A DNA stretch of 58,422 nt. It comes from Pelomyxa schiedti. Lineage: Eukaryota; Protista; Evosea. A program made the position numbers and the translations under genes. This document shows, piece by piece, positions 11,060 through 25,400 of the stretch (the stretch's first letter is position 1; the number at the start of each line of letters is the position of its first letter). The notes beneath the pieces were generated by a model. The model saw only the letters and a program-made list of their open reading frames with translations. It searched no databases and was not told the DNA's origin. The DNA is taken from positions 1 through 58,422 of the forward strand of contig JAHLWZ010000888.1 in the NCBI GenBank assembly GCA_020536535.1, written 5' to 3'.

Positions 11060-14000
11060 ATGGCAACAAGTAGCAGGCAGATTCGTACCACGGACAGTGC
11101 TGTTGTGGGACCCCGCAGTGTCGCCAATTCAGTCGCGCCTGAGGGTACTTCGGCGCAAGATCCGGTTGCTGCAAATGCCACACGCAGCACTGTTGCTGCC
11201 GGTGTAGCCTCAACCGACACGAGTGTGGACTCGCCCAGTTATAATACGAACGCTTCGTGTATCAGCTCGAATGTTTCCACGTGTTTATCAGACAAAACCT
11301 CAGGTACGCTATGCGATGAAATGGAATTGACCACGCTCATTTTATTGAATTGCTAGCTAACGGCTCATGCTCGGTTCTGAATGTGCCTGCTGAAATGACA
11401 ATTTCCTCAGCAGAACCAACTGTGAGCATAACAACGAGTGCTTCTCAGGAATCAACTGTCTCGTCTATGGGAACCCACCTACCAACTCCCACAGAAATTC
11501 CGAGTGCCCTCTGCCCAACAGGAAATCACCGCATGGGGGAGCTGGGTATCACTGAAAACTCAGTCGAGTCTTTGAGAGACATCAAAAACGTGTTGCATTG
11601 GTATCTTTAAAATTGTTTCATTGGCCCCCTTTGTAACTAGAGTCACACAGGCGTGTGCCAAATGACGTTTCTCCAAAGCAGTCACCGTCAAGGCTTTCCT
11701 CTCGTGCCTCTTCCAAATCCCCTCTACGAAGGCTTCCACAATCTAGTGATCAACAAACACCACCCTTTCTCCGCCTCCCACAAGAAAAACTGGAAGTAAG
11801 GCACATAGACACACCAAAGACACCCATCACCAACTCACCACCACAAGAACCAAGTAGTATAAAACCTCCATCAAGTTATAGCCAACACTTTTGCCACTCA
11901 TTTGATAGCTTTAACAAGTATGACTTCTTACCAGTATAGTCAATTACTGTATTTTTAAATACCTTATTAGATGACCTCTGATAACTTTCACAGTGCCCTT
12001 GAGGATTTATATTCAGTGTGTTTAGCAGACCTAAGCATCACAGAGTGTACACTTGTTATGGATTTTATGAAATCCAGTTTTGGGGATTTTGAGAAAGTTT
12101 GTCACATCATTCATCTATATATGACCTTTCCTTAGATGCACTCTAAACTGCTAGTCATGCTCGACCCTACACCAAAGAAAACGGTGGCATGGGAAGAATC
12201 AAAGCATCCCCAAAATACCACCGATAGCACAGGTCATTCTGTGGTGCTTCAAAAAATATTCATTTCGACAATAGATTACCCAAGTTCATCTGTGTCCTTG
12301 TTGGAAACCTTCCCACCTGTAAAAACATGTTCACTTACAAATAATGAAATTAAACCTTAAAAAGGCTACTATAACACCAAGGTCAGCACACAGTCAAAAA
12401 ATTTCCCCCAAGTAGTATGTAACATGAAAACTTACTTCCACCACTTATTATGTATTAGTTCACAGTATGGCCATTGTTTACACAGGCGGTCCTTGTCGCA
12501 ATCTTCTTGGGTAACTAGGGCTGCGGGGGAAAAACTTACTTACTCATAATAGGCCCCACCTCTTCGGATGTCACCACCCCGCATTCACAGTGTACTAGCT
12601 GCTGAAAAACTGCCTCATGGAGATCTACACACAAAAATGGTTTCCTTTCCATTATCTGGACTTATTTAGTGAGGATGGACAGGAACGTGCCGATCAAATC
12701 AGAAAACAATTTAAGGACCAACGAATTTCCAAAGCAGAACAAGTAGCAACTCGAGTATTTATATTCAGTTATACATTTAAATTCAAATAAAGTAGATGAA
12801 AAGCATTCAGGAAAGGCAATCACAGAAGATTGCACAGCAACAATTAGAAATTGAAGAGAAACTAGAGCGTGCTGACCAAGTTTGTTCTGCTAATATCTTT
12901 TACTTTTAACAGCTCTTCAGCTTCATGAATCCTATCTACAGGAGAAAAAGCAGAAAGCAAAAATCGAATGTGCTAAGGCACAAGAAGTTCTTTGGATTTC
13001 TTCACAGCAGTATTGCCAACCGGTACCCAGCATTTTCTAACCATGACAAAGGGCAGAAAATAACAAGTTCCTGCTCAAACGTCAGCTAACCTCAAGGCTG
13101 GAAGAAAGTGAGGCCAGGAAAGCAAGAATTGTGCAACAGCGAAAAATTAGGGCTACGCAACGGGCAGAGAAAGCGGCAGCCATACGGCGGCGGCAGGTTT
13201 CACAGTCAGTTGTATGTTAATTCTCTGACTAGCACACTGTGACTTGAATCAAGTGTAGCACTAATTCTGAAGAACCAAGTGTGAATTCTAGCAGAGGGCG
13301 TAGTCCAACTCCTCGAAGTAGTCCCAGTTCATCTCCTGAAATGAAACCAAAATCCCCTGATAGACCCACAAAACCTGTTCTCTCTGCGTCTCTTCTTTCT
13401 AGTTTGGTAGCTCCTTTTTCCTCTTCACATCCTCTGATACGCACTAGGATGGAGATACAGAGACGCCAGTCTTGTTAACAAACAGCCCATTTCCTGCTGT
13501 ATTGGCTTCACTGAGTAAAGGTGACATTGATCGAATTAAAGACCGAGAGAAACTTCTCAAGAAAGATGCCAATAAGTTGAGACAGGTAAAGAATCCCAAT
13601 GATATCACCTTACCTGCTTTCGGCAGAATCTGACTATGTTGGCACTTCCGTATGAAGATCGGTTTCCACAAAAAGATTCGCCTCACAAATCAAGAATTAT
13701 GAAACTTGTTTGTGAATAGCTGCTTTCAATTTTTGGCATTAATTCCTATGAAGGTAACTGATCTCAAAAATCAGTCCAAAATGTGTCATTACAGCCATAT
13801 GCTTACTACAATGTCTGCCATGCGAGATATGATCAGCAAGAAGGTACAGTATAGTAATTGTTGCTTTTATTAATACATACAAGGGAAGCCATAGTGATGT
13901 AGACCAGCACGTAATGCGCCAGCTGAATGGTCTAGAGTGCTTACTCAAGATAATTGCCTCATGCCAAGAAGTCAAACTTAAAAACAGGGCAGAGCACTCA

Positions 14001-15652
14001 AAGTGCCCTACTTATTCCAGTTGCCTAATACATTAAGTATGCCTAGGATAATCACCGTAGCTATGGAAACACTTGATCTATTTTGTACACTATCATATAA
14101 TCTGGAGTACTTGATGCTCTCCAACAAGTTGTAAGATTTTGCTATGCATTTTTCTCACAACAGTGACAAATAGAATGACATCTGTTGTAAACACACTTGA
14201 GCGGACAATTTTGTGTGAAAGAGAGGAACCCTTCGTTCCACCACTCATGTCCCTCATAGCTAAATGCCTGCGTATTCCACTTGTAGGAGCACCCATTATT
14301 ACTTCTACTGTTGTGGGTTATATACTATGTACATGTATTGTAGATAAGTTGTACTACAAACTCAAACTCTTGGAACCACTTGTTGCGGCCAAAGTTACTC
14401 CCCCAGCATCAACCCCAGAAAATACCCTCCAACAGCAAACACGCGTCTCTAGTGCATACCACTTCGTTGTGGCAGGTCTTGATATGCTGGATGCCGTTGT
14501 GCAGTGTTGTCAGTGAGTTCTTACCTTCCTTAAGCACGATTCAAGATAACTCTAGTAATGCGCCTCCTGATATTTACGATTACTTGCGGCAAACTCTCCA
14601 TTATACTTCATACATTGGTATCTTATCACCTTGTCTAGTTGGGTATTTATTGCTCCTAGGAATAATCCCATTTCTTGTTAATATGTTAGTGTCCCCGCAT
14701 AGTGCCACTGCAGAAAAACAAAAACTGCGAGTTACACATCTGGGTGTACAAATTCTAAATACTTGTGCTCAGCGCGACTCGCGAAGTTTGCAGGTTGTTC
14801 CTGATAGTTATTATTTTTCTCGTTGCTGAACCCCAAAAGGAACACCTCAAATCTTCAGACAAGCAGACAGAATTATGCCACCTTCTTTCCATACTTCTAA
14901 CAAAGTCAAGTGGAGCCTCCTGCACTTTCCAAAAGCCCGTGGACCCAGGTTCTTTCTCTTTTTCTATTTGGCTGTCACTGAAATTGGGTCGCATTCAGAT
15001 GATGTTCCAGTTGATCACGTTCTTTTTGATACATTGTTATTAATGGGGTATCTCAGTACCCCTACCCCTGCGCCGTCTGACAATGCAGCCTCCCCTGAGT
15101 TAAAGACAGAGAGCACCGCTTCCTCTGTAACTCCCAGTCTGTCTTCGCGATCTGCGCCACCTCTGCCACCTCCCATTTCCTCAGCAAGCAGCACACCAGC
15201 AGTCAATACTGTCCCTGCTGCCCACCCCAACAACGTGTTACTGAGGTGGGAGCTTTCTCCTTTGTTGGATATTTTCCATTGGAGCAGTGGTGTTTCCAAA
15301 GATAGGTTGCTTACACTGCTCCACACTATTTGCACGTTACCGTTCCACTTCTTTTCTGATCCCAGGTTTCACCCTCCATGACAATACTATGCATAACCCA
15401 CAAAACCACAGTTACATGTCCATCTTATTCCCTACTCTAGCAACTATTTGCTTCGGGAATGCAGAGAACAAACTCGTCATGCAGCAAGAGGTTAGTTCAC
15501 AACTGCTGGTCCAATTTCTGCAGGACCAAATGCAACTCACCCACCCACACACCACAACAAGCGCCAGCATTTCAGCGCCAGTTTTTCCCCCTCTCAAAAG
15601 TAGATGGCCTCCAGGACTTATTTCCGACATGCTAGTCTATTTTTCTATGTAA
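11060..15652 (+). CDS. SCAPER: SCAPER-like protein (S-phase cyclin A-associated protein), many introns
   Basis: N-terminal 'DNFHSALEDLYSVC...ECTLV', central coiled coil 'EEKLERA...ECAKAQEV', C-terminal 'ICTLPFHFFSDP' and 'LFPTLATICFGNAENKLVMQQEVS'; start codon approximate. Confidence 0.8.
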
Positions 15653-15778
15653 ATTACTAAGAGCCGTTTTAAATGTCGCACTCTCGGCAAAATGCACTTT
15701 TTTTTTCCTTTACTTTTGTACAGACATTAAATAATCAATTTCCAATCTTCAGAACGAAGAAAAAAAAACAAAATTTTG

Positions 15779-18700
15779 TCACCAATTGGAGGGTGGTCCC
15801 ATGGCACCACAACCGCCACCAACACGAACTACCTCGCCGTGTGCAAGCCTTTCCATGATGGAGAGATGCACGGGGTCAGTCAGGGGTTCGATGATTTTGC
15901 GGGGTTGCTTGGTTGTATCGGCCTTCTTCTTCTTCTTGGCCTTCAAAACAGACTTCTTGGGCTTGATAGCATCGGCCTCTGTTGCTGCTACAGTGGCAAC
16001 AGTGCTCAGTAGTTGCTGTTGTTCCTCCTGCATTTTCTCAGCTTTGGTCTTCCTCCTTTCGGCAGGGTCAAGGTTGCGATTGATTACCCACTGTGCGTCA
16101 TCATCCACATCTCCTTCATCTTCTTCTGTGGTAGGAGTGTCAGGAACTGGTTCCGTAGACGCGGCAGTAGTGGGGTCTGTGTTCCCCTTTCCTTGCAGTG
16201 CAACAGAAAATTCGCCAGTGAATACCACCCTGCCTTCACGTATACTCCAGTGTGCGGGAGAAGGTGCTTCACTTTCAGCCAAAGCGCCTGCGGCGTCATC
16301 TACATACTGCCACCAAGTTCCATGAATTGTTCCAGCCTCTCGGTTTACAAAACCCTCCCAAAACCGCACTGGCTTATTGACTTTCGCTTCCCATTTCTCT
16401 TCAGTATTTTCTCCTTCAGGTTCCTCATATGTAGGGTCCCACTTGTGCTGCTGGTATACATCTTTGTACTCCGCAAGCACAAGACGATCCGAAGAAATTA
16501 CTCCACTTGCAGTCATTGCATGGGCAAATTGTCGTGATTCGTCATCGCATGCGGTACCACATCCCCTACCACAAGTACAGCCAGGTGTGGGATTCATGCA
16601 ATTGCAGAAGCGTGTAATAGACACATCAACAAATAGATCCCTTTCACCTTGTAATAGAGAGTAATTGGAGGGAGATACTGGCGGATGCCACCCTTCAGGC
16701 ATTTCGGAAATCGCCGGAGCAAAATCTAAAAAAAAAGAGAGAAAAAGTAAGTACAGGCTAGGTAGATTTCTGTGCCCACCTTGTTCAACAACAACCCTGC
16801 CGCCGAAAGGAGAAGGTGAGGGAAGGATGAATGGGGCCGGGTATGTTTTGGCTGCTGGCATACTATGTCCACAAATACAAATCGTGTCCTGTGTAATGGA
16901 AGGGGCAGAGCAGTAGTACCATTCACCCCTACCAACATAGGTAATTCGAAAAACGACTGGAAGTTGTCTTCCCCAGTGGTCGTATGTGCCTTTCCAGACA
17001 CCACGTTCCAATGTGTCCATTCTTTTAGCTGCTTTTTTTAGTGAAAAACAGAGGGAAAGTTCACTACCATTTTGGCGTCTTCTAATGCGTTTGATGGCAG
17101 AGGTCTGTGAGAGTGATAGAACTGACAGAGTGTGAACATTCTCGTCAATAGTTCCACTGAACGGATCACTAAATACTACAGAGGGAGCATCATCTCCAAC
17201 AGAAACCGTACGAAATGTTCGTCGAGGCTGTGGTGGCTTGGGGGTAAGGGGACGAACTGGTTCCTCTGAGTGAAAATTAGGTAATACAATGATCTAACAA
17301 GTAAATGTTACCTGGAGGCAATGGCAAGTAGTCGACTCTACCACTGTGCTTTGTATCGTTCTCACCTGGATCGACAATATTGATACCTTTGCTTTTGTAA
17401 GTGATCACCTCTCTTGCCACAAACGAACCTGACTCTAGGTTACGAATACGCCTTTGGTACTCCTCCATGTCGATGTAGCCCTCTATTTGTATTAATTGCG
17501 GATTAGAAGTTTGGGGGAAGTGCCTTCGAGGAGTTGAGTCAGTGTGGCAGTTGGATCGTTATACAGTTGGGTAGGCACTTGGTCCGCCACTGTATCAACA
17601 ACACCTAGGCACGGTTTGAACAGTGGCCTTGGCATCGAGCAAGGCCGAGCGAGAAAAGAGAGTGCATTGCAGCGCTGTCTCAATTCAGGTTGGCTTAGAT
17701 ATCTTGAGAAATAGTTTAGGGCGGTTGAGACCATACCCTTTTACAAGGAAACCAAGAAAGTCTGGGTAAAAAACTGGGAGCTTTCTATTCCGTGCAGCTA
17801 CCAAAAGTGCAGTTGTAAAAGCACTTGGGAGGGCACTGAGTTGCAGTGAGTACCGAGTGGAAAAGATGATGGAACTAACTGAAATGCCTTTTTCTCAGTG
17901 ATAGCAAGTGTTGCATCTGCAATTCCTGTGACCACACATCCTCCAAAGGCCTCGAAGTTCACTTGAATAGTGCGTGATACGTCGCCTAAAAAAAGATATT
18001 GGTACTTAAGTCTTGGTTGGTTCAAGTTATCACTTGTAATACCTATGAATATGGCGTACATCCCAGAGAATTCATGCCCTTGTGGAACGGAAAACTCTGC
18101 ATCTTCCGCTTCCCAAGCCCGCATTTCTGCCTCACCAACCTCTTCATCCAGGTAGGCTTCAGGTGCGAGAGAGTTTTCTTTCACCTTCTTTTTCTTTCGA
18201 TCTAGGTTGGAAACACTTTCAATCTTTGTTGTGGTAGTTGCTAGTCGTTTTCTGGCTTCTTCTTTTCTTCTTTCTTCTGCTTGTGCAGCTAATCGGGCCG
18301 CTTCCTGGGCTTTGGCCTCTCGTTCCCTTGCTTCCGTATTACTAGCAGCTTCCCGTGCTGCTTCTCTTTCAACGAATTGTTGAAGTTTTCCGATTTGGAG
18401 CCACTTTTTGCGGGCATAATCGGAAAAATTCCAGAGGCCACGACTAACCCCTTCAGATTTAGACGAAGAGCAAGTGTATGCTTGCCTGTGAAAGGTATTT
18501 TAGATATTGAAGGAAGAAAAATAAAACGCGCCTTACACCAGAAGCAGAACGCCCATAAGCTGAATCCAAACACCAAGACTCAACACCGTCAAAGACCAGA
18601 GAATGGTGGCCGCATGTGGGACACCTGTCAATTAATCCTGCTGGGTCGTTAAACTAGAAAGATTTACAAGACAAAATACCATTCATCATCCCATCAGCTA

Positions 18701-19270
18701 CCATATGAACCATAAAATGAACTGGCAACGAAGAAGGAAGAGGGATGTTGTTGCTCGTGAGGAGTTCCCTCAGAGCAATAGCTGGGAGTACCTCCCGCAC
18801 CATTTCCTTGAATCTCCACAACTTGTCGTTAGCCTGAGGAGCGTTACCTTACGTATGTTGTAGGGGGAACAAACCAGACGTCTGGATTTTTCTTCTGAAG
18901 TTAGCACAACTGTCCTGTTGAGAACTTTCTCCAGAACAAAATCGACTTCGGCACGCCGCATAAGCTGATAAAGATAAACAAAAAAAAAGGCATGTAGGGA
19001 AGGAGAGCAAACCGGCCAGGCGACAAGGTCACGGACATCCGAAAATTGAGGTGTTGAAGGAGATCTGTTGCAACAACGCAAGTGGAAATACTTGGGCGCC
19101 GCGTCCCTCTTGTTGTACCACTCTTGCCGCACGTGTGGGGCGCCGGATTTAACCGCTTTGCCGCATTGATTGCAGGACTGATCCGAGCCGGTTTCGTTGT
19201 AGCCTGCGGAGACGTTAATGATGGCAAATGAGATCTGATATGCTGTCTACGCACATAACACGTTGTGCAT
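15779..19270 (-). CDS. PARP-type zinc finger + PADR1 + BRCT protein with an uncharacterised C-terminal domain
   Basis: Spliced reading gives 'SCNQCGKAV...KYFHLRCC' (zf-PARP C2HC), 'ANDKLWRFKEMV...LRELLTSNN...VADGMMNGLIDRCPTC...SWC' (PADR1), 'FLGDVS...FEAFGGCVV...ATLAIT' (BRCT-like); the frame continues into ORF 15779-17020. Confidence 0.7.
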
Positions 19271-19472
19271 GCAAAAAAAGAAAAAAAGGCCGGTTGTGTG
19301 CCCCTGTTTTCTTTTCTTTAATTCGTTTGCAGGGGTTTTGCCGTGGCTTTTATTTCCCCTTTTTTTTTCCTCTATGTTATGAGTTTTGATTTTGACCTTG
19401 GTTCTTATCCGGGGTAGGAAAGCCAACAGATTTCGTGCCTTCGCGAAACTGTGATCTTCTTTTTGTGTTGCC

Positions 19473-22400
19473 TCAGAACTGTGAGAGACCGATGGTTGTT
19501 GATTGAGGAGAACCAATGATAGTGCGGTATTGTGCTCCGGTGTATTTAGTGGGTGTAGTAGTAGTACTACTACTAATGTTGTTGATGTTGTTGGTTGGGA
19601 GTTGCCGGGTTAGGGTGCTTATGGTTGAAACTGGGGGGCTTTCTGGGGGTGGAATTTGGAATATACTAGCCGGTTTGGATAGAATTTGTTGCTGTTGTTG
19701 CCGGGATAGTGGCGGGGGCATTCCTTGTTGCGGCTGTGATTGTGCTGTGGGTGGTAGTTGTTGGGATTGGTTCAGAACCTGAATGGTGTGCTGTGCCGGT
19801 AAGTGGCATGGAGCTTGAGTTTGTGGTAGCAAGGGATGTTTAAGAAGATAGGGCTGCCTCATAGGTTCGATTACTGGCGAAGTTTCATCACCTTGGGGAA
19901 TTCCAAGGCCACCCGTTTTCATTGGGGGTTGAATCTGCATATCGTTCTGGATTATTCCTTGATTACGCTGAAGAGCATATTGCACTGGAGTTACAGGGTT
20001 GTAAGGTTGTTGAACAACTGCCTTCGGCGGTGCTGGTGTTACGTTGTTCACAGATATTGCAGAAGACGATTTACTATATGCAGCTGGAACAACAAGAAGA
20101 AGCAATGACTCTTGTTTTCGTAAACCAAAAGCTTGGGGAGAGCTATTTGGAGTAGGGATGAGATAAACATTGCAACTGGCAAGTTTGCCCATTCCTGCCT
20201 AATTACAAATTACTAAAGAGCGTGTACATGAGTTAAGTACCCGGTTTTTATGAAGCAAATACTCATAAAATTTGCGTAACGGTCCACGGTCCGAGTCATC
20301 AGACGGGTCAAGTGTGAACACTGAACATTGTGGCAGTGGAACATAATGTGGAAGAGTGTTCAGATCAGTGCGATTTTTTATGTTTATTAGCTCTGGTGTA
20401 GACCCACTAAGATATCTCCATGAACCGGGAATCAATGGAAAAAAGAGAAGTACACTAATTCTTGTATCGTAGCCCCGCCAAGGTGACAAGCTGACACTCT
20501 GCACATTACAACGTCACCTTTAGCTAGGTGTCCACACCACACGCAAGGTGGAGGAGGCATAGGAGAGGAAGGGACATCAAGTATGTCACCTTCTAACATA
20601 GTACCATTTGGGTTGGAGCAAGTCCATTGAATTTCTTTCTGTTTTAAAGCTTCATTCTTGGTTTAGGTGAGTTCTGAGTTATTTTAAGTGTTATACCATT
20701 GGAGTCTCCAGGGAACGGTGAGGTACTTCTTGCTTGAGGGGCAGTGAGGGTTGGCCACCAGGCCTACATTTTTGGTTTTAATATGGGTGTTGTTATCTTC
20801 GTGGCTGCATACTCGAACATAGATTTATGAGTCTCCAAATTGTGGGTCCAAGGTTGACCAATTACGAAATCTTGGCAAGTGTCACAGAAAAACTTGGTTT
20901 GACTTGGCGTTGATTGGATATATTTGATTTGTTGTCCTTGTGATAGAGGCAACGTCTGCTGTGCCATTGGGGAAGTCTGGGATATGAGTGGGGCTTTGTG
21001 ACTGCCATTAAATTGGGTCTGGATTTGGGCAGGTTGCTGTGACGGCACCAACAAGAGTTCTGTTTGAGCCCCTTCCTTGGGGAGGTGATCACCATTAAGT
21101 ATCTTCTGTTGCCCTTCAAGTTTCAGCGATTGTGAGGAGCAGGCTGGATGCAGTTTTTGCATTGACGGTGCTTGGACGGATTTGTCTTCTCTTGGTTGTC
21201 GATTTTGAGTGTTCCCCTGGCAATTGGAAAACGCTCCATCATTTTCTTCCGGTACCCTTTTTTATTTAGTATTTGGGCTCCCTTTTCTGGGTACGTACAT
21301 CTTCCTTTTTTTTGGCTGGCACGTTGAGGAAACCGGGATGGCAAATCGTTTGTGTCTATGGTCTATTGGTAATGTATGTTAGAGAGCACTCTTTTCCTTA
21401 GTCATTAAATGTAAGTTTGTACAGATTAGATTAACCTGATGCATTTTCAGAGTCGCTTGAAGAAGTTTCCATATCAGATGACTGTTGGACAGGTGCAATT
21501 GCTGCTATCTTGGGTGGAAGGACTTGCGGAGACACCGGGGGAGGTGGTGGTGGAGAAGGAGGTGGGGGTGGGGCTGTTGGAGGGGGTGGCGGTACAGGAG
21601 CTGCAGAAATAGGCTGTGCCTGTTGAGTGAGTTTCTCAGAAGCAGGGGATGTTCGACTTCGCTCTTCACTGTCGTGGTCATCAAATTGGGAAAACTGGGA
21701 GTCCTGGGAAGTGTTATTGAAAACAAATGCCATCTCAAAACCATTTTGGCGAAGTCTATTTCAAAACGATGATCCGTAAATAATCTTCCCTTCAATTCAC
21801 GGAGAGCATGTTGAGCATCCTCAGTTGACGCAAACACGACAAAAGCATAGGGACGATTTGGAGTATACTTGATAAGACCGTGGAAGGGAGAAAATGCATT
21901 CATAAGTGTGTGTTTCTCAACCCTTACATCTGGGGGAAATCCAATATAAAGTGTTCGCTGAGCCTTCGCAGTGAATCAAATTATAAGACAGTTACGAAGT
22001 AATGGAGGTGACATGGGGATGTACCTTATAAGTGTCACGGTGGTCCCTTCCCCTATCTTTGTCCCTGTCCCTGTCCCTGTCCCTATCTCTGTCTCGGTCT
22101 CTATCTCTGTCTCTGTCTCTATCCCTATCCCTATCCTTATCCCTGTCCCGGTCTCTATCTCTTTCTTTGTCCCTATCCTTATCCCTGTCCCCTCTGTCTC
22201 TATCCTTGTCTCTATCTCTGTCCCTGTCCCTGTCCCGGTCTCGATCCCTATCTCTATCTCGGTCCCTGTCCCTTTCTCGGTCTCTATCTCTCTCTTTGTC
22301 CCTGTCTCTCTCTCTATCTGAGGCTCGTTCTCTGTTTTTATCTCTGTCTCTATCTCTGTCCCTGTCCCTGTCTCTATCCCTATCTCTATCTCTATCTCTG

Positions 22401-25400
22401 TCCCGGTCTCTATCCCTCTCCCTGTCTCTGTCTCGATCTCGATCTCGATCTCGACCTCGATCTCGGTCTCTTTCTCTTTCTTTTTCTTTTTCTCTTTCCC
22501 TGTCCTTGTCTTTGTCTCTACTTTTGTGCCGAGCCTGGTCTCTATTTCTGGTCTCAGTTGGTTGCTCTCTTGCTCTTTCCTCCTCCCCTCTAGGAAGTCG
22601 CTCTTTGGGTGTTTCACTCTCTCGGGGTAACTCCGAGTGACCAGGAGAACTTGTCGACCTTGATTTTTCTTTACTTCGCTCTTTGTCTACTTTAGGTTCC
22701 TTCTCAATGTCAGAGGACAACTGTATGAAGATCAACAAAGGTTATGTATTGAAAGTTGAAATGTACTCTTCCATAGTCAATTTTTAACTGGGAGCCTTGA
22801 AGAGATTTATTCTGGAGTGCATGAAGGGCAGCAGTTGCATCAGGTGTGTGAGCAAAGTCAACAAAAGCACATCCAGAATCTCGGACAATAAGGACTTTGT
22901 TGAGTTTTCCTGCAGGTTTATAAGACTCCCCATTTATTATAACTTCCATCGAAACCATATTTTTCAAATAAATCTCGTAATTCCCTTTCGTTGATAGTAG
23001 CAGGCAAGCTCCCTACCCAGAGTTGTGGACAGGGTCGTCCCTGTTGGTGGATTACTACAGTTATTTCCTAGTGTTTTTCAAATAACCCTTCCAAATCTAA
23101 CAGCAATTGGTTGGTGCCCCATCATCCTGTTGTTCATTTCTTTTTTTGCATTTACAGCACTTGCTAGTAGAACGTTTAGTTCGTTGAAGCATTTTAAGAA
23201 AGGGCACACATATTTTCACGAAATCTACAAAACCATATCCTCGGCCATAAAAGACCTTGACGTCATCAACTTCACCAAACCGAGAGAACTCCGCGTGAAG
23301 CTGTTCCCGTGTAACACAGTCATCAAGGTTACCAACGAAGAGATGTCTGGACGCATCTTCTGTAGTTTTATCAGTGCCAGTTAGTAAGGGAAGGTTACCA
23401 GAAAGACTTGAAGAGTTAGAAGGCGCCAACGGTGGAGGCTGTGGAAGTGAGGGGTTTTGGGAGTGTAGAGGTTTCTCATCAAAACAGTCACCATCTTCAG
23501 CCTGCATGAAATGAGATAATAACATAAGTGGGTCTACGAACCTTCCAGAAGCCAGTGATGATGTGCTTGGGCCCAACTTTTTTCCCCCACAAGTGCACAC
23601 AGGCTGAAACAGCTTGTTCCGTTGTATTGAAACATACAAAATAAGTGTTTTCCTCAACGTTCTTAAGGCCAAGCACGGGGCCATAATGTTTTGCAAGTTC
23701 TTCTAAATCACTTTGATTATGTACATTTTGCACCCAGAGAACACGTGAGGGGTATCCCTTATGAAAAATGAGGTTGCCAGAACAAATCAATAGAGGATAC
23801 CCTGGTAAAGAAAGCCCTAAGGGGGTTCCCACAGAGAATTTGTGAGTCGAGCGCTTGCTTGGCCACTTTAGCCTCATTTAGAAGAGTAAATCTTACAAAG
23901 CCATATCTTACATGATTGTCAAGAAGTCGGTTAAACGAAATAAATGAAACCTCTTGCCAACAAGTTTGTACACCTTATCAAGGTGTCCATATTGGACAGT
24001 TACATTTCGCAAGAAATCATCATTAGCCTCCGCAGATAAACCTCTCACACAGACAGTCCGACTTTCAACACATTCAAGGTTTGGGGTCAGTTGCTCACTT
24101 GATTGCACTAGAGGATCACTTGGAGGTGCCGGAACTGGTTCTTGTCTATTCAGGCTTTCATGTTCTTTTTCATAAGCTAACTCAAAGGCACGGGCATGTG
24201 CTCTGGCTTGCTCGAGGACGCGAGCTTGTTCCTCGTTGATAACTTGAACTGGGGTATCGTGCAGACTTGACACGATCATTTTTGTTTTAGCTGTATCCCC
24301 CAGGAACTCAGAGTGGTGAATGTCCTCTATAGTGGAAAGTGCCTTTTGATGTGTTTCCACATGTATGGCGGAGTCAATGCATGTGGAGGGTGCTGAACAT
24401 ACTTTTCCAGTATCTGTTGCAATGTTGCGATGAGTTTGCACTGGATCAAGAAGGTCTGAAGCAGCACATTTGTGTACCGAAATGGATTCCAAATTCACTG
24501 TGCCTGTTTCACGGTTGTGTAGATTCAGTTTTACAGAAAGGGGTTCTCTGGAAACATCTTCCTGGGGACTGGAACCAATGACCTCTGGGAAGTGCAGTGG
24601 GAATTTATTGGTTACATAGTGCGTGCTTCCCGAGGCACACGATGGCTCCGGCATTGTTCCGTTCACTGATTGGAAAGTGCCCTCCGATTTTATGTGATGA
24701 CCAGAAATTCTTAGGTGCCCCTCCATTTGGGTTTGTGCTGGTTCCACTGAAGGATATGATGACGAGCCCAAATGGGCAGCAGTCTGCAATTGTTGCGGGG
24801 GAGACTGTTGTTGGTCCAGAGACTGGCTTATCTGATTCAGAGCACGTGCAGCATTCCACCCAGAAGGCCTAGAAGCCATGGCCTGCTGGACACCACCAGT
24901 CCCCTGTGGAAGTTGCATCCAAGGTGGGCCCGCAGACACACTGCTTGCCACAGGAACAGATACAGATACAGACACGCCACTAACTGCCCCCCCTTGTTGC
25001 ATTTGCATTTGCTGTTGTTGTTGTTGCTGCTGTTGCTGCTGCTGCTGCTGCGTCACGCCCGTGGACTGGAGCCACCACGATGGCTGGATCACGTTCCTCC
25101 ACCCCGAGCTGTTGTTATTTACACCAATGCCCACACCCACGCCCACTCCCACTCCCACGCCGACGCCAACACTGACACCGACGCCGACGGCGGGGCTCAC
25201 TCCCACTCCCCCCACTGGGGCTGAGGCGCCGCCCCCGCCGCCGCCACCACCACTACCACTGTGCTGCAGCACTGCGGGGGGCAGGCGAGACGCGACGGCG
25301 GCGACGGCCGTGCCGCTGACGATCCCTGGCTGGATCCCCGTGCCTGTGGCCGCCGTCGTGGTGGCGGCGGCGGCGGCGGTGGTGGTGGTCGTCGCTACGG

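Noticed and set aside
17492-18000. DBF4 homologue (BRCT plus 'LFKPCLGVVD')
   Set aside because: No DBF4 C-terminal zinc finger; upstream zf-PARP and PADR1 explain the BRCT better
21971-22640. Plus-strand and alternative-frame ORFs over the RD repeat (also 6574-7216, 24772-25791, 27486-28122, 32705-33405)
   Set aside because: Shadow ORFs of low-complexity or GC-rich coding sequence on the opposite strand
23758-23800. U12-type intron (GTATCCTC donor; also GTATCTTT at ~11601 and ~54973)
   Set aside because: Donors do not match RTATCCTTT fully and no TCCTTAAC branch point is paired with them
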